A program made the translations under genes and the position numbers. This document shows positions 1 through 9,073 of a stretch of DNA of 64,000 bases, one piece after another. Origin of the DNA: Gammaproteobacteria bacterium (GTDB taxonomy: Bacteria; Pseudomonadota; Gammaproteobacteria; Eutrophobiales; Eutrophobiaceae); NCBI GenBank assembly GCA_011772965.1, contig WVYN01000080.1, positions 193,562 through 257,561 on the forward strand, given 5' to 3'. The notes beneath the pieces are model-generated. The model ran no database searches. It saw only the letters and a list, made by a program, of their open reading frames with translations, and had not been told where the DNA came from. How positions within the stretch are numbered: position 1 is the first letter of the stretch; each line of letters starts with the position of its first letter.

Positions 1-459
1 TACCTGCTGGTCTGGCTGGTGTTTTCATTACTTGCCACAGGACTGCAATGGTGGCTGGAACAGCAGCAGTGGATCTCCATGCACCTGGCCTCCCGTAATG
101 CCTTTCTCTCTGCAGTAATCCTGTTTCTGGTTGGTTTGTACCAGTTAACACCATTAAAAGATGCCTGTTTGCGTCAATGCCAGGCGCCCGCCGTATTTAT
201 CGTAAATCATATGAAACCCGGCCTGTTTGGTGCACTTCAGATGGGGCTGGCGCATGGTGTTTTCTGCCTGGGCTGTTGTGTGTTGCTGATGACCCTGTTG
301 TTTGTCGGGGGAGTTATGAACATGCTCTGGATTGCTGTGCTGATGTTATTCATCACTGCGGAGAAATGGCTGGTCAACCTCAGGTATTTGCCCGGGATAA
401 CCGGGATCCTCTTGATCCTTTGGGCATTCATGGTATTAATCCTGTCTGCTGCAGCTTGA
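1..459 (+). CDS. DUF2182-like predicted metal-binding integral membrane protein (5' end outside window)
   Basis: Frame is open from base 1 to the stop at 457-459. Polytopic hydrophobic sequence with Cys/His motifs (CLRQCQAP, HGVFCLGCCVLLM) that I recall as the DUF2182 signature. Confidence 0.55.
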   Translation, partial: YLLVWLVFSLLATGLQWWLEQQQWISMHLASRNAFLSAVILFLVGLYQLTPLKDACLRQCQAPAVFIVNHMKPGLFGALQMGLAHGVFCLGCCVLLMTLLFVGGVMNMLWIAVLMLFITAEKWLVNLRYLPGITGILLILWAFMVLILSAAA

Positions 460-527
460 TCCGGCCTTGATCTAGCGCTTATTGCCCATATGTATATAAA
501 AATACGCTAACAAAAACATCCAGACGC

Positions 528-1538
528 ATGTTCAAAACAGGTCAATCCTTCTCTACATCCGTTGTTGGCAAAACAGTTGGCATTATCGTGGCCATTTATG
601 TGGTCATTGTGCTATTGCTCATGTTCATCTGGGACAATGAACCCGATGAATTTGATGTGGTTGCCAATGCCCATGCGATTATCGGTCAGGATACCCGGCT
701 TGTGACCGGTTCGATCACGACCGCAACCCTGATCGGGATCATGGATGAGACTCTTTACAAATTTGGTGGGTACTTGAGTAACGATGTTACTCCTCCCGGT
801 GTGTTTATGGATAACATACCCAACTGGGAATTTGGTGTGATCACCCAGGTCCGCGATATGGCACGAGCTCTGCGTAATGATTTCAGCCGTTCACAAACCC
901 AGTCAACCGAGGATCCTGACCTTGCCGTCGCCGATCCCCAGTTTCATTACGACAACGAGTCCTGGATATTACCGTCTTCCGAGGGGGAATATAAAACCGG
1001 TTTGAAGGCCACCCGAAGCTACCTGCAACGTCTGTCCGATCCCTCACAACAAAACGCCCAGTTCTATGCCCGCGCCGATAATTTGCGTGACTGGCTTGCC
1101 ATTGTCGAGAAACGATTGGGCAGTCTCTCGCAACGCCTGAGCGCCAGTGTCGGCCAGACCCGGGTGAATACCGATCTGCAGGGAGATACCGCTGCCCGGC
1201 AATCGACGGGAAAACCGGAGGAGGTAGCAGTCAAAACCCCTTGGCTGGAAATCGATGATGTTTTTTACGAGGCGCGTGGTTCCACTTGGGCACTGATTCA
1301 TTTCATGAAGGCTGTAGAAAAGGACTTCGATGCAGTCCTGCGCAAAAAAAATGCCTTGGTCAGTCTCAGGCAAATTATACGCGAGCTGGAAGCTACCCAG
1401 CATTTTGTCTGGAGTCCGATGATCCTGAACGGTACGGGATTTGGTTTCCTGGCCAATCACTCGCTGGTTATGGGTTCTTACATTTCCCGCGCCAACGCCG
1501 CGGTGATCGATCTCAGAAACCTGCTGGAGCAGGGATAA
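528..1538 (+). CDS. Conserved membrane-anchored protein, DUF2333-like
   Basis: 336-aa ORF with one N-terminal TM helix (VGIIVAIYVVIVLLLMFIW) and a large soluble domain. Family call is from recollection only, with no diagnostic motif. Confidence 0.45.
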   Translation: MFKTGQSFSTSVVGKTVGIIVAIYVVIVLLLMFIWDNEPDEFDVVANAHAIIGQDTRLVTGSITTATLIGIMDETLYKFGGYLSNDVTPPGVFMDNIPNWEFGVITQVRDMARALRNDFSRSQTQSTEDPDLAVADPQFHYDNESWILPSSEGEYKTGLKATRSYLQRLSDPSQQNAQFYARADNLRDWLAIVEKRLGSLSQRLSASVGQTRVNTDLQGDTAARQSTGKPEEVAVKTPWLEIDDVFYEARGSTWALIHFMKAVEKDFDAVLRKKNALVSLRQIIRELEATQHFVWSPMILNGTGFGFLANHSLVMGSYISRANAAVIDLRNLLEQG

Positions 1539-1543
1539 GCTAC

Positions 1544-2347
1544 TCAGGAACGTTTCATTTCCTTGTCGAGCAACACTTTCAGGTTGCGTGTGCTTTGGCT
1601 ATAGTCGCCATCAGCGATTGATTCACTGATCACGCGATGAGCCGTTTCATAATCCTTCTGCAGGTAAGACAGCGTGGCCAGCATGAAGACCTCGTCCGGT
1701 CGCTGGTAATTACCCAGGGCCAGCAATTCATATTCACGGGTCAAATCATCAACGGCTGGCTGTAAGCCACGAGTGATATTGATGTAACGTAATGCATCCG
1801 GATCGACTTCCAGGGCCTTGCGCATGGAACGGGTCCCGCGTTCCTTATCGCCGTTGATCGCGGCAGCCAATGCAAATCCCACCCGTGGCATGCCCGCATT
1901 CAAATCTTCCTGGGATTGCAGGGCAAATATGTCCATAGCCTTCTCTGCATACCCGCGTTCCAGCCAGTCCCAGCCCTCGTAATCACTTAAGCGGGGAACG
2001 GGCTCGTACTGCTGAGGAACGTACATTTCCTGACCTGGCTGTTCGTAACGCGCCCTGCCATAGGGCTGGCGCCGTGGCCGATCCTCGTAGGCGTCATCGC
2101 GTTCATGCTCATACTGGGCCTGGGTGAAAATACTGGTAAGTATGGCGCCGCCAATCAGGCCGAGGATCAGGTAACCCGCGGCATTACCGTGACCATGGTG
2201 GTTGTAGTGTACGCCGTAGCCATAGTGACTCTTGTAACCATGATGACCGTAACCATAGCCGTGGCCGCCACGCGCCTGGACCCCGCTGGACATAATTACC
2301 AGGCTTCCAATCAGCAACACTTTGCCGAGATGGTTCATCCGTTTCAT
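1544..2347 (-). CDS. His/Gly/Tyr-rich membrane-anchored protein with TPR-like C-terminal domain
   Basis: Start chosen at MKRMNHLGKVLLIGSLVIMSSGVQA (signal-like) rather than the ORF maximum at 2416. Followed by an HGY low-complexity tract, a TM helix (LILGLIGGAILTSIF) and a helical-repeat-like C-terminus. Confidence 0.6.
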   Translation of the reverse strand: MKRMNHLGKVLLIGSLVIMSSGVQARGGHGYGYGHHGYKSHYGYGVHYNHHGHGNAAGYLILGLIGGAILTSIFTQAQYEHERDDAYEDRPRRQPYGRARYEQPGQEMYVPQQYEPVPRLSDYEGWDWLERGYAEKAMDIFALQSQEDLNAGMPRVGFALAAAINGDKERGTRSMRKALEVDPDALRYINITRGLQPAVDDLTREYELLALGNYQRPDEVFMLATLSYLQKDYETAHRVISESIADGDYSQSTRNLKVLLDKEMKRS

Positions 2348-2475
2348 GGTCTTGTCTCTCAAGTTCTTGGTTATGCTGTTTTGACCGGGGATTGGTTCAA
2401 AAGTGCTTGCCCGCATTGCAATAAAACCACGTCTGTATACAGTATAGTGAAAAATTCCTGTCCCGAGGTAAGCCC

Positions 2476-2848
2476 ATGATCCCCATGATTTTATGGAGAT
2501 TTATCGCATTCTTTTATGCTGCTTTAATAACCCCTGTTGCTTTAGCAGACGAAGCAACCCGCAACGGGCAGGTTGTCGTGACAGTGAAATCCCCCGAGGC
2601 AATCCAGTCCGTGCAGAAGTTGCTTTTTTCGTGGGCATATCACAGGAAACTGTCGGTTCTAAGGTGTTATCCATGAATCTGGTGATTATCCCGCCCGGTA
2701 GCCAGGCCGAAGGGCATTACCACGACGGGTTTGAGTCAGCGGTGTATCTGATCGAGGGCAGGGTGAAACCTGTTACGGCGAGGGACTGAAACAATGCATT
2801 GTGAATGAAGCCGGAGATTTTATTTTCATCCCGCCTAGAGCCATTTAG
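2476..2848 (+). pseudogene. Cupin-domain gene remnant (frame-disrupted and 3'-truncated)
   Basis: Cupin motifs are split over three frames. One frame carries VAFFVGISQETVGSKVLSMNLVIIPPGSQAEGHYHDGFESAVYLIEGRV. The next carries ETCYGEGLKQCIVNEAGDFIFIPP and then stops early at 2846-2848. Confidence 0.65.
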
Positions 2849-3186
2849 CCATGATGATAGGCCTAATGGCTTAAGCGGGAAAATTAGCGGGGTAGTAGAT
2901 TATTTCTATATAGGCTTCATTGTATTGCTCAATGCCCTAATATATCTTTTTACCGTAAATGTAATTCGGGCTGTTTATCAAAAGCTATGCAAGTAGCCCA
3001 ATAACAAGTTTATTAAACATCGTAGCGACCCAAGAGCGCCACCACTGGACGCGTAAAAAGCGCGCACTATTTATAAAAGCGATATACTGTTTAATTTTTA
3101 ACTTAAAAAATATGGAGGGGAGTAAAGAACACAAAATATTGATATCAGAACGTAGAAAAATGATTAACTATTAGAGGATTGTAGCT

Positions 3187-3591
3187 ATGAGCATGATGAA
3201 AGAATTCAAAGAGTTTGCGGTAAAGGGAAATGTTGTTGACATGGCAGTTGGTATCATTATAGGTGCTGCATTCGGGAAAATCGTTTCAGCATTAGTTTCA
3301 GGCGTTATTATGCCTCCAATAGGAGTTCTATTGGGTGGCGTAGATTTTTCTGATTTAGTATTTGTTCTAAAGGATGCTGTAGGCGATGCGCCGGCAGTCG
3401 TCATCAGCTATGGAGCGTTTATTCAAACTCTTGTTGATTTCACTATCATTGCTTTTGCAATTTTTATGATGGTGAAAGCAATTAACGCTTTAAAGAAAAA
3501 AGAAGAAGAGGCGCCCAAGGCCCCACCAGCGCCTTCTGCGGAAGAGGCTTTACTAATGGAAATACGCGATTTATTGAAATCCAAATCATGA
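3187..3591 (+). CDS. mscL: Large-conductance mechanosensitive channel MscL
   Basis: 134 aa. N-terminus [30 protein letters not shown], two TM helices and a charged C-terminal helix, typical of MscL. Confidence 0.9.
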   Translation: MSMMKEFKEFAVKGNVVDMAVGIIIGAAFGKIVSALVSGVIMPPIGVLLGGVDFSDLVFVLKDAVGDAPAVVISYGAFIQTLVDFTIIAFAIFMMVKAINALKKKEEEAPKAPPAPSAEEALLMEIRDLLKSKS

Positions 3592-3631
3592 TATTTAATT
3601 CTCTGTGTATCGTATAACAAACGCATACAGT

Positions 3632-3666
3632 CGGAAATGGTGCGTGCGTTGCGGGCACCATTTCCG
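3632..3666 (+). terminator. Perfect 12-bp stem-loop downstream of mscL (no U-tract)
   Basis: CGGAAATGGTGC (3632-3643) pairs with GCACCATTTCCG (3655-3666) across an 11-nt loop. It lies 41 nt after the mscL stop. No T-run follows, so terminator function is uncertain. Confidence 0.35.
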
Positions 3667-3753
3667 CTGATGCGAGGCGTTATGTGTTCAATTTGAATCA
3701 ATAATTCATATGAAAAGTTGTCATTTAAAGCTTAGAAATGAGTTGGCAATAAT

Positions 3754-5115
3754 ATGAATTTTAGCTTAATTAGAACACTCGGATATTGTATTGGAGGCAT
3801 TTGGACGGCTTGGGGAGGTCGTGAAAGGATTGAAGCCAAACAGCTTAAAAACCTTCGACGTCTTATACAAACGGCCCGTAATAAATCTCCATATTTTAAT
3901 AAACTTTATACTCATTTGCCGGAAACAAATCTTATAAAGCTAAACGATCTTCCTGTAACGTCTAAGGTTGATCTTATGGATAAATTTGATAATTGGCTAA
4001 CTGATCGTTCTTTAACTCTTGCTCAAGCAAGAAAGCATATGGACAGCATGGATAACCTTGGCGTTCCGATTGGTGAATATGCTGTCTTCCGAACGTCCGG
4101 AAGTTCAGGGGAACCTGCAGTTATCGTTATCCCATCATCAGTGCTTGAGTTTATCTTTGGGCTTTCTTTGGCTCGACTTTCTAAGAAGCAATTACAAATC
4201 GAAAGAAAAATTAAAAAGGCGGGTACTAACGTTATTATCACAGGGGGGAATGGCCATTTTGCTGGCGCCGGATTGCATAAGCTCATGCACTTTTTGGCGC
4301 CTCGACTGGCAGAAAAAATAACGTTTATTCCGGCTGAGCAACCGATCGGAAAAACGGTTAAACAGCTCAATGGGATGGGACAAATAGCATCAATAATGAT
4401 TTATCCAAGTATGCTAGCGATTTTAACAAGAGAAAAGGAAGCTGGACGTCTAACAATAGAACCTAAACTTTTCAAGGTTGCCGGCGAAACATTCACGTCT
4501 GAACTTCGTGGACGCGTTGAAAAAGTATTTCCTTCACTTGAGTACGGCATTGTTGATATTTATGCTTGTACAGAGTGTCTCTTCATGGCTTTTAAATGCG
4601 ATTGTGGCCGTCAACATGTACTTGAAGACTGGGTCATATTAGAGGCCGTCGATGAAAATAAACAGCCTGTTCCGGATGGGGAATTATCGACAACGGCACT
4701 GATAACAGTACTTTACAATCACGTTCAGCCTTTTATTCGCTATGATATTGGCGATCGCTTGCGATTTTATCGTGAGCCTTGTGCCTGCGGCTCGCCATTC
4801 AGAAGTTTTCAAATTGAGGGACGGCAAGCAACAGTAGTTCGAGTGGGAAATGTCACTCTGTCACCTTTAGCTTTTGATTTAGAACATGAAAGTGCTCAGC
4901 GAGTGCAATTGGTCCAAACTTCAGAATTCGTCTTTGAAGTTCGAGCCGAACTTTTAAATCCTGATAATCCAGACCAAGTTTTTGAGCAAATAATTCAGTC
5001 AATAAGTGCAGTGTTTTCAAAAAACGGACTAGTAGATGTCAAAGTTGGTAAAAGTGATGCACCTCCTCTTCTTACTGCAAGCGGTAAGTTTCATGAAGTG
5101 ATCCCCCTTAAGTAA
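3754..5115 (+). CDS. PaaK/CapK-like adenylate-forming enzyme (phenylacetate-CoA ligase / F390-synthetase-related family)
   Basis: ANL-superfamily motifs are present: FRTSGSSGEPAVI (P-loop), IYACTEC, CDCGRQHVLEDW, IRYDIGD, PCACGSPFRSFQIEGR (PaaK-type CxCG plus hinge) and the C-terminal SGKF lysine. Confidence 0.75.
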   Translation: MNFSLIRTLGYCIGGIWTAWGGRERIEAKQLKNLRRLIQTARNKSPYFNKLYTHLPETNLIKLNDLPVTSKVDLMDKFDNWLTDRSLTLAQARKHMDSMDNLGVPIGEYAVFRTSGSSGEPAVIVIPSSVLEFIFGLSLARLSKKQLQIERKIKKAGTNVIITGGNGHFAGAGLHKLMHFLAPRLAEKITFIPAEQPIGKTVKQLNGMGQIASIMIYPSMLAILTREKEAGRLTIEPKLFKVAGETFTSELRGRVEKVFPSLEYGIVDIYACTECLFMAFKCDCGRQHVLEDWVILEAVDENKQPVPDGELSTTALITVLYNHVQPFIRYDIGDRLRFYREPCACGSPFRSFQIEGRQATVVRVGNVTLSPLAFDLEHESAQRVQLVQTSEFVFEVRAELLNPDNPDQVFEQIIQSISAVFSKNGLVDVKVGKSDAPPLLTASGKFHEVIPLK

Positions 5116-5425
5116 CATGCTTGAGTATTTATTGCTGTGTGTAATTAAAAATGGAGACAGAGCACTTTTTTACGGTAGCCCCAATTAATCATGGTCAGTC
5201 CCCAAATGTTCCTTATCAAAAGTCCAAGCCACTCTATTGGGCTGTGGTAGAAGGCTCGTATAAGATGGACTAGTAGGTAAAGATAAAAGCTGCAAATAGC
5301 TTGGAAGGATGGACCAATGAAGTGAGCAATTTTACAAACCAGGATAGTAGTGGATAAGGGCATAACAAGGCGCTGCAGACGGACAAAGTATCCACTACGC
5401 GATCACTATGCCGCTGAGCACAGCG

Positions 5426-7129
5426 TTACAAGACATTCCTGATAAATTCCACGACCATATCAATCTTGATTTCTGTATTATCCTGATCAGTTCGTTTCTT
5501 GTATTCCAGCGTATCGTTATCCAATCCCTTTTCTCCAAATGTGAGTCGATGCGGGATGCCGATGAGTTCGGCATCTGCAAACATGACGCCGGGACGTTCC
5601 TTGCGATCATCCAGTAACACTTCCACGCCAGCATCCATTAATTCACCGTACAGTTTCATCACAGCGTCGCGCAGACGCTGAGACTTATGCATATTGATCG
5701 GGATCAAGGCTACCTGGAATGGCGCGATATTAACGGGCCAGATGATGCCCTTGTCATCGTGGTTCTGTTCGATGGCCGCAGCGACGATGCGTGATACGCC
5801 AATGCCGTAACAACCCATGGTCAGGGTGATGGAATCGCCTTTCTCGTCGAGGCAGTGGGCCTTCATGGCCTCGCTGTATTTCTTGCCGAGTTGGAAGATG
5901 TGACCTACCTCGATGCCGCGGACGAATTTAACCGGGCCGCTGCCATCGGGGGCCGGCTCACCTTCAACAATATTACGAATATCGGCAGCCGCTGGAGCAG
6001 TCAAGTCGCGACCCCAGTTGACACCTATAAAGTGCTTGTCCTCGCGATTGGCGCCACAGGTAAAATCACTCATGGTCAGGGCACTGTGATCGGCGATTAC
6101 GGTCATGTTTAAATTTATTGGCCCCAGTGAACCGGTGCCGCAGCCCGTGGTTTTCTCTATCTCTTCGTTACTGGCAAAACTTAATGGTGCCGCAACCGTG
6201 TCCAGTTTCTCAGCTTTGATCCGGTTCAACTCGTGATCACCGCGCAAGACTAAAGCCACGAGTGAGTCATTAATGCCACGGACGACCAGGGTCTTCAGAC
6301 ATTGGCTCTGCTCTATGTTCAGGAACCGGCACACTTCTTCGATGGTATATTTTCCGGGGGTGTCCACGGTCTCCAGTTTCCGGGCCGGGCCGGCTGCCTT
6401 GGCAGGCGGTATTGGGGCTGCGGCAAGCTCGATATTGGCCGCGTAATCCCCGTTTTCGCTGTAGACGATCACGTCTTCCCCGGAGTCGGCCAGCACGTGG
6501 AATTCATGAGAGGCGCTGCCGCCAATATTACCGGTATCGGCGAGCACGGCCCGGTATTTCAGGCCAAAGCGATCAAAGATGCGGGCATAAGTGGCATACA
6601 TTTGATCGTAGGTTTCCTGCAACGAGTCCTCGCTGAGGTGAAAGGAATAGGCATCCTTCATCAGGAATTCGCGGGCGCGCATGATGCCGAAACGGGGCCG
6701 GATCTCGTCGCGGAACTTTGTCTGGATCTGGTAGAAATTGGCCGGCAGTTGCCTATAACTGCGGATCTCGCGGCGGACCAGGTCCGTGATGATCTCCTCG
6801 TGGGTAGGTCCCAGGCAGAAATCCCGCTCATGGCGGTCCTGGAAACGGAGCAGTTCCAGGCCGTATTGCTCCCAACGGCCGGATTCCTGCCAGAGTTCCG
6901 CCGGCTGGACAGCGGACATCAGGAGTTCCTGTGCCCCGGCGTGGTCCATTTCCTCGCGGACTATGGCCTCGACCTTACGTAATACCCGCAGACCCAGGGG
7001 TAGCCAGGTATAGATACCGGCAGCGATCTGGCGGATCATGCCGGAACGCAACATCAGTTGATGACTGGTGACCTCGGCGTCGGCCGGGGCCTCGCGCAGG
7101 GTGGTTAGGAGAAATCGGGATAATTGCAT
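5426..7129 (-). CDS. proS: Proline--tRNA ligase
   Basis: 567 aa. Bacterial-type ProRS with editing insertion. N-terminus [34 protein letters not shown] and class II motifs. Confidence 0.95.
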   Translation of the reverse strand: MQLSRFLLTTLREAPADAEVTSHQLMLRSGMIRQIAAGIYTWLPLGLRVLRKVEAIVREEMDHAGAQELLMSAVQPAELWQESGRWEQYGLELLRFQDRHERDFCLGPTHEEIITDLVRREIRSYRQLPANFYQIQTKFRDEIRPRFGIMRAREFLMKDAYSFHLSEDSLQETYDQMYATYARIFDRFGLKYRAVLADTGNIGGSASHEFHVLADSGEDVIVYSENGDYAANIELAAAPIPPAKAAGPARKLETVDTPGKYTIEEVCRFLNIEQSQCLKTLVVRGINDSLVALVLRGDHELNRIKAEKLDTVAAPLSFASNEEIEKTTGCGTGSLGPINLNMTVIADHSALTMSDFTCGANREDKHFIGVNWGRDLTAPAAADIRNIVEGEPAPDGSGPVKFVRGIEVGHIFQLGKKYSEAMKAHCLDEKGDSITLTMGCYGIGVSRIVAAAIEQNHDDKGIIWPVNIAPFQVALIPINMHKSQRLRDAVMKLYGELMDAGVEVLLDDRKERPGVMFADAELIGIPHRLTFGEKGLDNDTLEYKKRTDQDNTEIKIDMVVEFIRNVL

Positions 7130-7339
7130 TTATTATTAATTGACTCGTGGTTGGGCGGCTATGTTAGCGCAATTTCGGGCTGAGGTCGTAATCGTCTGTC
7201 ATGCCCAGACTGGCAGTCTGGCGATGATAGCAATCCGGCTCTTGGCTTGACCTGCCGGGCGATTGCCAGTAACTTCTCACGGTTTACATTCAGCTCAGAT
7301 GAATGTCCCCCTTGAAGCACAAAAACGAATGGTAGGACA

Positions 7340-9073
7340 GTGGCTAAATCGAAAGAAATCCTGCGTGGCGCCGAAATATTTTGCCGAGCCCTAAAAGATG
7401 AAGGGGTCAAACACCTGTTTGGCTATCCCGGCGGTGCCGTATTGCACATTTATGATGAACTCTTCAAGCAGGATGCCGTAGAGCATATCCTGGTCCGTCA
7501 CGAACAGGGTGCCGTGCACGCGGCCGACGGCTATGCACGAGCCACCGGTATGCCTGGTGTTGTCCTGGTGACCTCAGGTCCCGGTGCAACTAATACTGTT
7601 ACCGGCATAGCCACGGCCTTTATGGATTCCATCCCCATGGTGGTGTTCACCGGCCAGGTCGCCACCCACATGATCGGTAATGATGCCTTCCAGGAGGTTG
7701 ATGCCATCGGCATCACCCGACCCTGTGTCAAACACAACTTCCTGGTTAAAGACGTGAAGGAGCTTGCAGCAACCATCAAGCATGCTTTCTACGTGGCGAC
7801 CACTGGCCGTCCTGGTCCAGTTGTGGTCGATATCCCGAAGGACGTTACGGCCGATAGTTGTGAATATGAATACCCGACCAGCGTGGACATGCGCTCCTAC
7901 AAGCCGGTGGTCAAGGGCCATCCCGGCCAGATCAAACGGGCTGCTGAACTGATCCTGTCTGCGAAAAAACCGATGATTTACTCAGGCGGAGGCGTCATCC
8001 TCTCAAATGCCAGCGAGGAACTGACGGATTTCACCCGTGAACTGGGTTATCCAATCACCAATACCCTGATGGGGCTCGGGGCCTATCCTGCAACCGATAA
8101 ACAGTTTGTCGGCATGTTGGGGATGCACGGTACTTATGAGGCCAACATGGCCATGCATCATTGCGATGTTCTGATCGCCATCGGCGCCCGTTTTGATGAC
8201 CGGGTTACCGGGGATCTCGACCAGTTTTGCCCTTACGCAAAGATCATACAAATCGATATTGATCCATCATCCATTGCCAAAAATGTTCCCGTGGACATTC
8301 CGATTGTGGGTGATGTCAAGCATGTGCTCACGGATCTGACGGCCTTGATCAAGGCCAGCAAAAATAAACCAGATACCGAAGCCATTAAACTCTGGTGGGA
8401 CCAGATCAAGGAGTGGCAGAGCATTGACTGCCTGAAATTTGATCGCACGACCGAGGTCATCAAGCCGCAGTATGTCATAGAAAAATTTTATGAGCTTACC
8501 AATGGTGACGCCTATGTCACCTCAGACGTGGGACAACACCAGATGTGGGCCGCCCAGTTTTATAAATTTGACAAACCCCGTCACTGGATTAACTCCGGGG
8601 GACTTGGCACCATGGGATTTGGTCTACCCGCAGCCATGGGTGTCAAACTTGCCTTCCCTGATGATGTTGTTGCCTGTATTACTGGTGAGGCTAGCCTGGT
8701 GATGTGTATCCAGGAATTGTCCACCTGCCTTCAATATGGTTTACCGGTCAAGGTCATTAACCTCAACAACCGTTATATGGGTATGGTAAGACAGTGGCAG
8801 GAATTCTTTTATGCTGGCCGCTATTCCCATTCCTACATGGAAGCTATCCCGGATTTTGTCAAGCTCGCCGAGAGTTTCGGTCATACGGGCATGCGCATCG
8901 AAAAAACGGCAGATGTTGATGGCGCCTTGAAAGATGCACTGGCAATGAAAGACAAGCTGGTGATGATGGACTTTATTACTGACCAGACAGAAAATGTATA
9001 TCCCATGATTGCCTCCGGCAAGGGGCAGCATGAGATGCATCTCCCCCCGACGACTGATCGAGAGCTGGCATAA
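7340..9073 (+). CDS. ilvI: Acetolactate synthase large subunit
   Basis: 577 aa with a GTG start. ThDP enzyme motifs (GYPGGAVL, GGLGTMGFGLPAAMG) and followed directly by the small subunit gene. Confidence 0.92.
   Translation: MAKSKEILRGAEIFCRALKDEGVKHLFGYPGGAVLHIYDELFKQDAVEHILVRHEQGAVHAADGYARATGMPGVVLVTSGPGATNTVTGIATAFMDSIPMVVFTGQVATHMIGNDAFQEVDAIGITRPCVKHNFLVKDVKELAATIKHAFYVATTGRPGPVVVDIPKDVTADSCEYEYPTSVDMRSYKPVVKGHPGQIKRAAELILSAKKPMIYSGGGVILSNASEELTDFTRELGYPITNTLMGLGAYPATDKQFVGMLGMHGTYEANMAMHHCDVLIAIGARFDDRVTGDLDQFCPYAKIIQIDIDPSSIAKNVPVDIPIVGDVKHVLTDLTALIKASKNKPDTEAIKLWWDQIKEWQSIDCLKFDRTTEVIKPQYVIEKFYELTNGDAYVTSDVGQHQMWAAQFYKFDKPRHWINSGGLGTMGFGLPAAMGVKLAFPDDVVACITGEASLVMCIQELSTCLQYGLPVKVINLNNRYMGMVRQWQEFFYAGRYSHSYMEAIPDFVKLAESFGHTGMRIEKTADVDGALKDALAMKDKLVMMDFITDQTENVYPMIASGKGQHEMHLPPTTDRELA

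Noticed and set aside
2805-2996. 63-aa ORF starting inside the cupin remnant.
   Set aside because: Its first part is an out-of-frame reading of cupin sequence and the rest is AT-rich islet DNA, so it is an artefact of the pseudogene junction.
5145-5363. 72-aa hydrophobic minus-strand ORF at the right edge of the AT-rich islet.
   Set aside because: It has no RBS, no recognisable family, and lies in AT-rich DNA where random ORFs of this size are common. It might be a small membrane protein or a gene fragment, but I cannot support that.
6302-6982. 226-aa plus-strand ORF antisense to proS. Similar long antisense ORFs occur at 27795-28337, 32929-33393, 38540-39061, 41387-41881, 45741-46223, 57348-57845 and 58319-58867.
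   Set aside because: Each lies entirely inside a well-supported conserved gene on the other strand. Each has Arg/Pro/Ser/Gly-rich low-information composition and no recognisable motifs or RBS. This is typical of shadow ORFs.
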